Virus record (IMG/VR): IMGVR_UViG_3300045988_126665
Reading direction: 5' to 3' (one strand)
Origin: a virus
DNA length: 44,163 nucleotides
Below are positions 31,183 to 40,195 of the stretch, piece by piece. Numbering within the stretch: position 1 is the first letter of the stretch; every line of letters starts with the position of its first letter. The translations under genes were made by a program, and so were the position numbers. The notes under the pieces are model-generated. The model did no database searches. It was not told where the DNA came from and saw only the letters and a list, made by a program, of their open reading frames with translations.

Positions 31183-32358
31183 ATGAGTAACAGGAACAAC
31201 ATTTCTCCTTTTCCATTTTTTTTAGACAAGGGAGAACAGATAAAATGGTATGCTTTCGGGAGGGATTATGTTTATCTTTCTCCGAAGAGATACATCTTGC
31301 CTTTCCAGATACAAAGAGCGGAGAGAAAAGACTTCACTCCGTCCGATGAGATTACAGGGGACTACATAGACGGCTACCTTGATGAGCTGGGCGACCTCGT
31401 AGAAGAAAGTGGATACGGCTCGGGAGTAGGCAGGATAGATGCGAGCGAGATTACAAACGGTTACCTGTATATCAACAATATGCCGTCACCAATCTACTAT
31501 ACCATACTCTCAAAGAGATATAGAGCATCCCAGATTGTGTTTGTAAATGCAAGCGGAAAGGTACTTAAAATAGAAAATCCTATTCTTAATTCGGAGGGCA
31601 GTACTACTTGGAGCGGAGTTGTGGCTATTCCGTCAGGCACTGCCACAATCTATGTAAATCAGTACAACACGGAAGTAACCGAAGAAAACGCAACCTACAA
31701 CAAGGTGGCTATCATCCCGAAGACGATAAAGAGTGCAGTCTTGCGAGATGCGAAAACCGATGAGAAGATAGCGGACTTGACTTTGGCTTTTTCGTATATC
31801 ATCATTGAGGGCAGAGATTACATAGTCCACAAAGGCGAAGAAACAGCCTTTTTAGAGGGCTTTACGGACAAGATGTACTTGGAGTTGTCGGACGGCATAG
31901 ACACTTGGTATTCGGCTTATTTTGGCTTTTGTGAGCCTTGTATGAGGATAGAGTGGTACGACGTGGAAGACTTCATAATGGACGCAGGAGCGATAGTGTA
32001 CTCCAATGGCTACAAGAACGAGATGTTCTTCGATGCGGAGATAGGTATGCCCGAATACGAGTTCGAGGAGGAAGTGGCGGAGAGAAACGGCTACCAATTC
32101 CCGATTAGTCAGATTTCCTACAAGAAATACAAATTCACGATACTTGTTCCGGAGGAGGTGTGCGATGTTATGCGTTTCATCCGATTGAGCGACAATATAA
32201 ACATCTCCACGAATGAGAACACCTACAAGGCGACCTCTTTCTTGATTACACCAACTTGGGCGGAGCAAGGTTACTTGGCGGAGGTTGCGTGTGAGTTCAC
32301 AACGGACACTGTGGCGAAGAAGATAGGAAAGGGAGTTACCATAGCAAAGAATGTTTAA
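31183..32358 (+). CDS. Tail protein, function unknown
   Basis: 391-aa ORF in the tail module. Confidence 0.65.
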   Translation: MSNRNNISPFPFFLDKGEQIKWYAFGRDYVYLSPKRYILPFQIQRAERKDFTPSDEITGDYIDGYLDELGDLVEESGYGSGVGRIDASEITNGYLYINNMPSPIYYTILSKRYRASQIVFVNASGKVLKIENPILNSEGSTTWSGVVAIPSGTATIYVNQYNTEVTEENATYNKVAIIPKTIKSAVLRDAKTDEKIADLTLAFSYIIIEGRDYIVHKGEETAFLEGFTDKMYLELSDGIDTWYSAYFGFCEPCMRIEWYDVEDFIMDAGAIVYSNGYKNEMFFDAEIGMPEYEFEEEVAERNGYQFPISQISYKKYKFTILVPEEVCDVMRFIRLSDNINISTNENTYKATSFLITPTWAEQGYLAEVACEFTTDTVAKKIGKGVTIAKNV

Positions 32359-32377
32359 CGAATAAAAATTACTGATT

Positions 32378-34513
32378 ATGGATTACGAAAAACTAAAAGA
32401 GGTAATTGCCAAACAGATAAAGGAGAATGGGCGAGGGGAGATAACTGGTCCTGTTCTTCAAGCGGTGCTTATGGCAATGGTGGATAGCCTTGGCGAGGTC
32501 TATCCGCAGACCTATACGGAGGAGCAGAAAGCGCAGGCGAGAGCGAACATAGATGCGCTATCCAACTATGACGGAGAGATAACCAAAGAGAAACTCTCCG
32601 CAGAGGTGCAGACTATCTTGGATGATGTGGCGAACAAGCAGAACATCACCGATGAGAGCCTTGCTACCATAGCGAAGACTATCGTCGGAGCGATAAACGA
32701 GGTCTACAAAGGTGGATTGGAGGATGCGTCTATCGCCACGAGCAAGATTGAAGACGGAGCCATAACTGAACCGAAGTTAGACACTACTCTTAAAACAAAG
32801 GTTAATAACAACGTTAAGGTGGTAGAGCAGGCATTAACAGACGCGGAGATAGATATTTCTTCAAAGAACTTGAAGTTTAGAGACGAAAATGGCAATTTCT
32901 TTGCGGATAAAGCATCGTATGATGCAGTTGCAAAATTATCTAAAAAGCCTCAATTTTCAGTATTCGGAACAAAGTGTACGGAAAACAATTTCGGTGCAGG
33001 GTGTGAAGACAATGTGTTTGGCAATAAATTCGTGTCAAACACGTTAGCAGCAGGTTGTAGTTCCAACACGTTTGGAAATAATTGTGCGGAGAACATATTA
33101 GGGTCATATTGTACTGGCTGCACGTTTGGAAATAATTGTTATGGCAATAAGATAGACCTTTATTGTTATGGTGTCTTAATAGGAAATTATTGCAGGTTCA
33201 ATGAATTAGGTGGACATTTGAAGTACATAAAAATTGATGATGGAGTTTCTAATGTAGTATTGATTCACAATGCTGCCCTTACGATGCAATATCTTTCAAA
33301 CATTCATATTTTATCTGGGGTATATGGCAAAAATGACGAAGCCCTTGTCATCCACATCCCAGATGAATACTTAAACTCCCCCCGAGAACTCATCATCACC
33401 ACTAAAAGAACAGATGGTGGTCCATCAACCCCTAAAGACCTTGTTATGTACTATGCTGATGAGGTTGTAGATAAGCAGAACAAACAAGACACTACTCTTG
33501 AAACCACATCAAAGGAAGTTGTAGGGGCTATCAATGAATTGTTCAACGGAGGTGTAAGGGACAAATCTATTGATGTAAGCAAGATTGCAGATACCGCGGT
33601 TACTAAGGATAAACTCGCAAACAACTCAGTTACCACAGACAAAATAGCAGATAACTCTATAACAATGAGTAAGCTGAAAAAGGCAAAGAGTTCCTTTCCA
33701 GATATAGCTATGGCTGTTTACCACGCTTTGCAAATTACATTAAAAGATTATCACCAAACAGGTTCAGTTTACCTTTTTAGTAATGGTGTAAATTTCACTG
33801 ACGAAACTGATATATACGTTGCGCTTGAGCGCCTCGTTAATGCACTTGGCACTGGAATTACAATACAGGTGAAAGAAACTGATGATGATGGTTTGGTAAC
33901 AACTTATTTTGGTACTGTTGTTGGTTTCAATAGACTTGATGATGAAATCTCTGCAATAGTGAGGGACCAGTATAACTCTTCAAAGGACTATTTCGTTGTA
34001 ATCAATACTGTAAACTATGAGTTTACCACGAAGATTTGTCTCACCGACCAACTACCCAAGATTGCATCTCTTGAAACGGATGTTGCCTCGCTTCTCGGAA
34101 AGGTCGGGATGAATGTGAAAGTACTTGGAAGAGCGTTTGATAAAGATAATAATTGGGTGAATTTAGATGAAATTTCAGATGTGGGATTTTATCTTCTTCC
34201 AGATGGAGAAAAGTATCTTGGGAAATACCAAAATCTTCCCCTCGCAATAAAGTACGGTGACATAAAGTTTATGTGGATAGACAAATATGACACTAATGAA
34301 ATACGACAGAAGATTTTAACTATGGCGAGTAGCGGAGGATTGAATAACAACATACACTTTGGTTGGTTATATAGAGACCAGTACAAGGGTGTTTGGAATG
34401 ATTGGAATTATGTGGATTTCACCCAACAAATTATTGATGCTTTGGGTAAGAAACTCGACAACACCTCCACCCTCACCGACACCGAGGTAAACAATATTTG
34501 GGATAACAATTAA
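32378..34513 (+). CDS. Tail fibre / receptor-binding protein with internally duplicated GAINE-type module and Cys-rich FGNNC repeats
   Basis: 711 aa; DDVANKQN...GAINEVYKGG (about 32622-32785) is repeated as DEVVDKQN...GAINELFNGG (about 33459-33615); NNFGAGC/NTFGNNC/CTFGNNC units. Confidence 0.7.
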   Translation: MDYEKLKEVIAKQIKENGRGEITGPVLQAVLMAMVDSLGEVYPQTYTEEQKAQARANIDALSNYDGEITKEKLSAEVQTILDDVANKQNITDESLATIAKTIVGAINEVYKGGLEDASIATSKIEDGAITEPKLDTTLKTKVNNNVKVVEQALTDAEIDISSKNLKFRDENGNFFADKASYDAVAKLSKKPQFSVFGTKCTENNFGAGCEDNVFGNKFVSNTLAAGCSSNTFGNNCAENILGSYCTGCTFGNNCYGNKIDLYCYGVLIGNYCRFNELGGHLKYIKIDDGVSNVVLIHNAALTMQYLSNIHILSGVYGKNDEALVIHIPDEYLNSPRELIITTKRTDGGPSTPKDLVMYYADEVVDKQNKQDTTLETTSKEVVGAINELFNGGVRDKSIDVSKIADTAVTKDKLANNSVTTDKIADNSITMSKLKKAKSSFPDIAMAVYHALQITLKDYHQTGSVYLFSNGVNFTDETDIYVALERLVNALGTGITIQVKETDDDGLVTTYFGTVVGFNRLDDEISAIVRDQYNSSKDYFVVINTVNYEFTTKICLTDQLPKIASLETDVASLLGKVGMNVKVLGRAFDKDNNWVNLDEISDVGFYLLPDGEKYLGKYQNLPLAIKYGDIKFMWIDKYDTNEIRQKILTMASSGGLNNNIHFGWLYRDQYKGVWNDWNYVDFTQQIIDALGKKLDNTSTLTDTEVNNIWDNN

Positions 34514-34526
34514 ACGAAAAAAGAAT

Positions 34527-35882
34527 ATGGCATACAAATATTTGAATGACGATGGGCTTAAAGCCTATACTAAAAAGGTCAAGGAATATATTTCTTCCTT
34601 GTTGCCTACTAAATCCGTCACCTATGCCGAATTAAAGGCTTTGAGGGATGCAGGAGGACTTTTAGCAGGTAGAAAATACCGCATCACTGACTTTGTGACT
34701 ACTTCCGTACAAGCGGAAACTCGTAGTGCTGGTCACGCATTTGACATTATCGTAGTTGCGGACGATGAGAGCACTTTGAACGAAAACGCAAGGGCAATAC
34801 TCCACAAGGGCGACACTTACTTTGCGGACTGCAAATTGAGTGCTTGGGAACTGAAATACTGCCTTGACAACGATACCAATCGCTTTGCTTGGGCGGATGC
34901 TGCTAACGGCAAGGGTGTTGTGTGGTGGATGAAAGACGAATGGGACAACGAGTGCTACTATGACTTCAAGAACATCCAATACAAGTTATATGCAGGCACG
35001 GGCGATTCTTGGAATAAATATCTTGAAGACCTTAAAATAGGAGCAGAAGATATTGTTCCATATCGCCTAACGAAAGGTTTATCCGAAGCAGAATTAGGCA
35101 AGTACTCTTTTGACATAGATAATGACAATTTCATTTGGGCATATACTTGGTCTGCTTATGAAGACACAAAACAAACTTTTGATAAATCCTTAAAGGCAGA
35201 TGGCACGAAAGATGCCTATGATGATATTGTCCACGACTGCAAAGTGGGAGCAAATTGGGAAACATTGCAACAAGATGACGAAACTGTGTATAGTAGAATT
35301 TCGCTCAATTTCTATATTGCAATTCCTTTTTTCCTTGATTCCAAGGACGAAAGTTTTAGAACTTACAGTGTGAAGATTGGCGAAAATTGTCACGATATAG
35401 TAACAGGGCGAAAATGTAACTCCAACTCCTTTGGAAACAACTGCTACTATTGGACTTGCGGAAACGACTGCTCCTCTTGGACTTGCGGAAACGACTGCTA
35501 CTCTTGGACTTGCGGAAACAACTGCTACTATTGGACTTGCGGAAACGGCTGCTCCTCTTGGACTTGCGGAAACGACTGCTACTATTGGACTTGCGGAAAC
35601 GAAGTACAAAATACGAAGATACTACAAGACTATGTTTCCTACTTCCACTTGGACAGTGGCGTATCAAATGTAACAATACAGTCAAGTGGCACACCTACAA
35701 GTGGTACTCCGCTCAAAAATTTCATTGTCAAAGCAGGTGTAAAGGGTGCATCGTACACTGCTAAACTTGCAATCGTAATAGATGCATCTTCTTTCCCTCT
35801 CAATTCGGACTATGAGTGGACAATAGCGAAAAACTCAAGTGGTGCAATCAAGCAGTATTGTGAGGCAGATTTGATAAATTAA
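34527..35882 (+). CDS. Tail fibre / receptor-binding protein with WTCGNxCxx nonapeptide repeats
   Basis: 451 aa; six consecutive Cys-rich 9-aa units. Confidence 0.7.
   Translation: MAYKYLNDDGLKAYTKKVKEYISSLLPTKSVTYAELKALRDAGGLLAGRKYRITDFVTTSVQAETRSAGHAFDIIVVADDESTLNENARAILHKGDTYFADCKLSAWELKYCLDNDTNRFAWADAANGKGVVWWMKDEWDNECYYDFKNIQYKLYAGTGDSWNKYLEDLKIGAEDIVPYRLTKGLSEAELGKYSFDIDNDNFIWAYTWSAYEDTKQTFDKSLKADGTKDAYDDIVHDCKVGANWETLQQDDETVYSRISLNFYIAIPFFLDSKDESFRTYSVKIGENCHDIVTGRKCNSNSFGNNCYYWTCGNDCSSWTCGNDCYSWTCGNNCYYWTCGNGCSSWTCGNDCYYWTCGNEVQNTKILQDYVSYFHLDSGVSNVTIQSSGTPTSGTPLKNFIVKAGVKGASYTAKLAIVIDASSFPLNSDYEWTIAKNSSGAIKQYCEADLIN
35430..35600 (+). repeat. 27-bp tandem repeat (about 6 copies) TGGACTTGCGGAAACGACTGCTMCTMT, coding
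   Basis: Units start at 35451, 35478, 35505, 35532, 35559, 35586, with a degenerate copy upstream. Confidence 0.95.
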
Positions 35883-35884
35883 GT

Positions 35885-36358
35885 ATGGAGAAGAAATTTA
35901 CAATCGGAAGCAGGGCATTCTTCACTGGGATGCCCAACTTCCAAAGCAAAGACACAGATGTATTGATTTGGACGGATGAGCCAAAAGGATATGAGCATTA
36001 CAAGCAGACCTCTATGGGCGGTCGGTGTACAATGGAATGGGCGAAAAAGGAAAAGGCGGAGTTCCTTTCCTTTGCACTGAGGGAAAGGGCTTGCGGATTG
36101 GAGTTCGGAAAGTTCCTCGTTACGGAGTTTGCAAGTGAGTTAGGACTGACTATTGCCGACCTCACTATGCTTTACGAGCACTTCAAGGAGCGAATAGACG
36201 AAAAGCACAAGTACCAGCACGAGGTGTACAAAGCCTATGTAGAGAATAATGGGTTCTATCTCACCGACAAGCAGAGGGAAAAAGCTTATAAGGTATACAA
36301 GAAAGAAAGGCCTGAATATTTTGCCAAGGGATTAAGTTTAACAAATAAAGGAAAATAA
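35885..36358 (+). CDS. Hypothetical protein
   Basis: 157-aa ORF. Confidence 0.65.
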   Translation: MEKKFTIGSRAFFTGMPNFQSKDTDVLIWTDEPKGYEHYKQTSMGGRCTMEWAKKEKAEFLSFALRERACGLEFGKFLVTEFASELGLTIADLTMLYEHFKERIDEKHKYQHEVYKAYVENNGFYLTDKQREKAYKVYKKERPEYFAKGLSLTNKGK

Positions 36359-36361
36359 TAT

Positions 36362-37411
36362 ATGGCACAGATTACACAAATAAAGCCAGAAGCACTAAAT
36401 GTTGCCTCACAGATGATACTCCAAGAGATAAACCTCATAGGCACGGATGCGGATAGAAAAGCCAAGCTAGCCAAATTCGAGACTGATTGGAAGGCTTTGA
36501 CTGGTGCAAGTGATATGAAAGGAGCAAGATTTGTGGGAATGGTTACTTGGGATTATGGCGGTGATGGTATGGAACGCGACGCACAAGGAGTTTTCACTTA
36601 CAATGCTGGTGACGAAACAGGTGATTATGAAGGTTATTTTGGCGTAGTTAAAGGTATGATGTTTTCAAGGGAGTCCCCCCTTGCAGAAGTAAAAATAGAC
36701 TTAGACCCATCACGCAAAGGAGAAATAACAATTACACCTCTTGCTACGCAGTCTGATGTAGATAATGTTTTGGAACTTGCCAATGCTGTCAAAGCCTTTG
36801 GAGCAATAGAGTTAAAGGCAAGCGACAATGCAGCTAACAAGGCAGCACTTACCACTTACCGCAAAATCCTCACCGATGCAGGTGTAAGCACTACCAATGG
36901 CTATTCCGTTCCAGTTAGGATAACAGGCAATGCACAGGAGTATCACGGAATGCTGAACATCGGCACGGGAGCCTTACTTTCGGGAATAGTTACAGATGTA
37001 AACGAAAATCATCACTATCCGTTCAATGTAAGCACCGCTGATGGGGCTATCACCTTTGACGCAAACAACTATTTCCTCGAAAAGACCTCAAATGAGGTTA
37101 CAGAGATGTTGGATGCAATCAAGTATTCATACACCCCAGTACCGCTCACGGCTACCACCTTGTCGAACAAGGCGCAGTTAGAGGTATTCCTTTCCAAAGT
37201 ACCAAATGCACAAGTTATGCACGTCACCTACAAGGATGTGTATGCAGGTACTCTCCACAAGATAAACGGAGATTGGTTTGGTATTTTGGTGAAGAACACA
37301 AACAATTACGAGGATGCACTACAAGTGAAGTTGCAGGCGGATGGTACTCTCATAGAAGGCACAACCTCTCTTGCACAGGTTAATGCGAAGTTGGACAATA
37401 TAATTGGATAG
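36362..37411 (+). CDS. Hypothetical tail-associated protein
   Basis: 349-aa ORF. Confidence 0.65.
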   Translation: MAQITQIKPEALNVASQMILQEINLIGTDADRKAKLAKFETDWKALTGASDMKGARFVGMVTWDYGGDGMERDAQGVFTYNAGDETGDYEGYFGVVKGMMFSRESPLAEVKIDLDPSRKGEITITPLATQSDVDNVLELANAVKAFGAIELKASDNAANKAALTTYRKILTDAGVSTTNGYSVPVRITGNAQEYHGMLNIGTGALLSGIVTDVNENHHYPFNVSTADGAITFDANNYFLEKTSNEVTEMLDAIKYSYTPVPLTATTLSNKAQLEVFLSKVPNAQVMHVTYKDVYAGTLHKINGDWFGILVKNTNNYEDALQVKLQADGTLIEGTTSLAQVNAKLDNIIG

Positions 37412-37415
37412 AGAT

Positions 37416-37997
37416 ATGGCAACAATAGAAAAGTTAGATAGCATTTCCGCATCAAAGGCAGCTATCAAGGCGGCAATACAGGGAAAAGGTGTTAGTTGCG
37501 ACGACACCCTTGCCGAGTATGCCAATAGAATTAAGGCTATTCCAACTGGTTCCAGTATAAAAGTAGAAGAATTACGCACTATAACTATACTTGAAAATGG
37601 TTCCTTCTCTGTTATACCCAGTACAGGCTTTGATGCTATGAAGAGTGTAAAGATAGATGTCAAGGTACCTCAGGAAATAGGAAAAATAGAAATTGAACAG
37701 AACATAGATGAGTTGGTTGTCGGAACTGTCATAAGCTTTACAGTTAATCCTGTTTCTGAATTGAATTTACTCAGCCTATACGGACAAATAGGAGACGCAA
37801 CAGGTACTGATAGAAGAGATTATGGTTTAGATACACTCTTTGTAGACCACGCTGGAATAACTGATGCTTACGTTATTATAACTGAAACTTCTCAAACAGG
37901 TGTAATAAAACGTTGGTTAGCTGAAACGGGTATAGATTACGAAACATTTACTAATGTTACATTAACAATCGTACAAGAAATCACTATTACACAATGA
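37416..37997 (+). CDS. Hypothetical tail-associated protein
   Basis: The listed 37404 start is TTG; first ATG is 37416; N-terminal KAAIKAAIQGKGV...LAEYANRIKAI motif resembles fibre-type proteins. Confidence 0.55.
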   Translation: MATIEKLDSISASKAAIKAAIQGKGVSCDDTLAEYANRIKAIPTGSSIKVEELRTITILENGSFSVIPSTGFDAMKSVKIDVKVPQEIGKIEIEQNIDELVVGTVISFTVNPVSELNLLSLYGQIGDATGTDRRDYGLDTLFVDHAGITDAYVIITETSQTGVIKRWLAETGIDYETFTNVTLTIVQEITITQ

Positions 37998-38587
37998 TAG
38001 GGGACGCAATAAATACAGCACAGAGTATTTCCAACTTCGGAATGTTGGCGGTCACGGCAGGGTTCTTCCTTGTTCTTTCCGCAATACTTATGGTTACTTG
38101 TTTCAGGTGGTTTATGCGTGTAATAAACAACACTATGGACAATCAAAAGAAGGCTATGGAGGAATTAGTCACTGAAACGAAATCGCAGAACGACAAGTTG
38201 GATGACATAGCCGAGGGACTGAAAGTGGAAACTCAATTAAGGGTCAAGACCATCAGTGGATTGGTGTTTGACTTGGGAGTGGAAACCGCAGTCAAGATGA
38301 TTGAGCAGGTCAGAACCGAGAACCACATCGTAGACAAGGACGCAACGGAGCGAAAGATACGCAGCCTATGCACCAATGTGCACGATGACCGCAATTCCAA
38401 GCTGGATTGTTTCACCTACCGAGGAAAGAAACTCTCTACCTACACGGATGACAAGTGGATTGATTGGGTAGCGGAGGTTGTCAAGAGCGAGGTTTATTCC
38501 GACCACGAGCAAAGGCTTGTGAGGACGAATGTGGAAACAATCTATGCGAAGATTAAGTTAGAGTTTTACAAGAATATCAACTTATGA
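37994..38587 (+). CDS. Membrane-anchored protein (single N-terminal TM), lysis cassette neighbour
   Basis: 197 aa; hydrophobic FGMLAVTAGFFLVLSAILMVTCF. Confidence 0.6.
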   Translation: MIGDAINTAQSISNFGMLAVTAGFFLVLSAILMVTCFRWFMRVINNTMDNQKKAMEELVTETKSQNDKLDDIAEGLKVETQLRVKTISGLVFDLGVETAVKMIEQVRTENHIVDKDATERKIRSLCTNVHDDRNSKLDCFTYRGKKLSTYTDDKWIDWVAEVVKSEVYSDHEQRLVRTNVETIYAKIKLEFYKNINL

Positions 38588-38955
38588 TTAAGAGCAAGTA
38601 TTTTTCCGAGAAAGAATTTAGGCGGTGCAATCCACCTTGCAGTCTGCAAGATATGGACGAGGATGCGATGACCTACTTTGACCGAGTAAGGGAAGACGCA
38701 GGAATACCGCTTGTTATCAATTCGGCTTATCGTAGTCCGGATTGGGAGAAGAAACAGGGCAGGAGCGGCAATTCAGCTCACACGAGGGGAATGGCACTTG
38801 ACATCAGGTGTACCACTTCCGCCAACCGATTTAAGATTGTCCGTGCGCTTATGGACAACTACTGCACGAGGATTGGTGTGGGGAAGACTTTCATCCACGC
38901 TGACTTTGACCCGACACTTCCGCAGGAAGTTATGTGGGATTATTACGAAGATTAA
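38584..38955 (+). CDS. Endolysin, peptidase M15 family (zinc D-Ala-D-Ala / L-Ala-D-Glu peptidase fold)
   Basis: 123 aa; INSAYRS, SAHTRGMALDI and FIHADFD match the H-x6-D ... H zinc ligand pattern. Confidence 0.8.
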   Translation: MIKSKYFSEKEFRRCNPPCSLQDMDEDAMTYFDRVREDAGIPLVINSAYRSPDWEKKQGRSGNSAHTRGMALDIRCTTSANRFKIVRALMDNYCTRIGVGKTFIHADFDPTLPQEVMWDYYED

Positions 38956-38975
38956 CAACCAAAAATTCACAGAGT

Positions 38976-39248
38976 ATGAAGAAGATTTTCAAACTTATCT
39001 GGGGCTATATGCAGACTGACGGACTACTGCATTTGCTCGTATGCTATGCACTTGTAGTTACACTTGCATTGTTCGACACGGCTATTTTCCCGATAGCAGG
39101 TACTATGGTGGCTGTCTTTTGCGCAGTAATCAAAGAATGTTGGGATGCATCGTACAAGCACGCAACGAAGAAACAAATCATCCACGATTTAGTCTTTGAT
39201 GCGCTGGGCATACTAATAGCGATTGGGATATGTCTTTTGAGGGGATAA
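38976..39248 (+). CDS. Holin-like membrane protein
   Basis: 90 aa from first ATG (the listed 38934 start is GTG); three hydrophobic segments; adjacent to the endolysin. Confidence 0.5.
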   Translation: MKKIFKLIWGYMQTDGLLHLLVCYALVVTLALFDTAIFPIAGTMVAVFCAVIKECWDASYKHATKKQIIHDLVFDALGILIAIGICLLRG

Positions 39249-39703
39249 AGAACATTTGTCTTGGAATGGTGATAGGGGCGGTCGCAGGATTGCTCCTATT
39301 TGCCTATTTTAAGCCACCTAAAACGATAATAAAGACCGAAGTGGAGGAAGTTATCGTAAGGGACACTATAATCGTCTTAAAGCCTACCGAAATTGAGCGG
39401 AGGATAGTAGACACGATGTATGTGGCGGTGAGGGATACGATAGTTCGGAATGACACTACCTATGTCACACTACCGAGGGAAGAAAGGGAATATGCCGATA
39501 GTACCTACCGAGCCATAGTGAGCGGATATTCCCCACGATTGGAGAGCATAGAGGTTTATCCGACCACAATATACCGAACAAAGACCGAGTATTTGAACCA
39601 AAAATTCTCATTGGGCATACAGGTCGGCATAGGGTATTGCGGAGAAATAAAACCCTACATAGGTATTGGAGTTTCGTATAATTTGTTTAACTTTGCATTG
39701 TAA
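39230..39703 (+). CDS. Membrane-anchored lysis accessory (spanin-like position)
   Basis: 157 aa, N-terminal TM ICLGMVIGAVAGLLLFAYF; last gene of the late operon. Confidence 0.4.
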   Translation: MSFEGIKNICLGMVIGAVAGLLLFAYFKPPKTIIKTEVEEVIVRDTIIVLKPTEIERRIVDTMYVAVRDTIVRNDTTYVTLPREEREYADSTYRAIVSGYSPRLESIEVYPTTIYRTKTEYLNQKFSLGIQVGIGYCGEIKPYIGIGVSYNLFNFAL

Positions 39704-39751
39704 GTAAACGATGGCAAATAATTTTCATTTTAAGATTTAGCTTTAGCGAAG

Positions 39752-39782
39752 AAGTCCGTGTTGTGAAATACGGACTTTTTTC
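39752..39782 (+). terminator. Strong intrinsic terminator of the late operon
   Basis: AAGTCCGTG-loop-TACGGACTT stem followed by a T run to 39781. Confidence 0.8.
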
Positions 39783-39783
39783 G

Positions 39784-39791
39784 TACCTTTG
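39784..39791 (+). promoter_or_regulatory. -7 box TACCTTTG driving an ORF-less unit
   Basis: TAnnTTTG immediately after the late terminator. Confidence 0.5.
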
Positions 39792-39796
39792 CAGCA

Positions 39797-39887
39797 GTTT
39801 CATAAAGAAGTGGGTTTAGTAAGTGAACGCGCGAGGTTTAATTTTCGTGCAAAGGAAAGTCTGAGTTGCGAAATTCAGGCTTTTTTT
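39797..39887 (+). ncRNA. Candidate ~90-nt sRNA (promoter-to-terminator unit without ORF)
   Basis: Bounded by the -7 box at 39784-39791 and the terminator AGTCTGA-10 nt-TCAGGCT (39858-39881) plus T7 (39881-39887). Confidence 0.35.
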
Positions 39888-39888
39888 A

Positions 39889-39896
39889 TATATTTG
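39889..39896 (+). promoter_or_regulatory. -7 box TATATTTG driving a second ORF-less unit
   Basis: TAnnTTTG directly after the T7 tract. Confidence 0.4.
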
Positions 39897-39937
39897 TATA
39901 TATTTTCAAGTCTTAAATCAAATTTTACCTTTCCCCT

Positions 39938-40013
39938 TGTCGGGAGATACGGAGAAAGAATGTTGACATATAATTTATATTGTTTTTGTTCTTCTAACTC
40001 TGTCGGGAGATAC
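39938..40013 (+). repeat. 13-bp direct repeat TGTCGGGAGATAC x2 (39938-39950, 40001-40013)
   Basis: Second copy sits in the loop of hairpin TTCTAAC...GTTAGAA (39992-40021). Confidence 0.85.
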
Positions 40014-40064
40014 AGTTAGAACTGAATGTTTCATAATTACTTTATTTTTAATGTTGTGTAAAAA

Positions 40065-40100
40065 GGGGATTGTGCTGCCGGAATTGACAATCCTCTTTTT
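40065..40100 (+). terminator. Intrinsic terminator
   Basis: GGGGATTGT...ACAATCCTC 9-bp stem followed by TTTTT. Confidence 0.65.
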
Positions 40101-40159
40101 CGTTTTCAAAAAATTTCACAAAAATTGTAGAAAAATTTGCATATGTCATAGAAAGTATA

Positions 40160-40167
40160 TACCTTTG
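40160..40167 (+). promoter_or_regulatory. -7 box TACCTTTG, early promoter
   Basis: TAnnTTTG 28 nt upstream of ATG 40196; TTTG at about -33. Confidence 0.6.
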
Positions 40168-40195
40168 CCAAAGAAATCAAAAAAAACACAACATT

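Noticed and set aside
35430-35600. The regular 27-bp repeat array could be mistaken for a CRISPR array.
   Set aside because: The units are contiguous with no spacers, they lie in frame inside a 451-aa tail-fibre ORF, and they encode a peptide repeat. No cas genes are present.
32378-35882. A diversity-generating retroelement acting on the fibre genes.
   Set aside because: There is no reverse transcriptase ORF, and no template/variable repeat pair with adenine-specific differences was seen. The repeats are simple in-frame tandem units.
39789-40019. 76-aa ORF in the late/early switch region, and the similar 60-aa ORF at 11236-11418.
   Set aside because: Both begin at the TTG of a TAnnTTTG promoter box and read through intrinsic terminators, so they are more likely non-coding.
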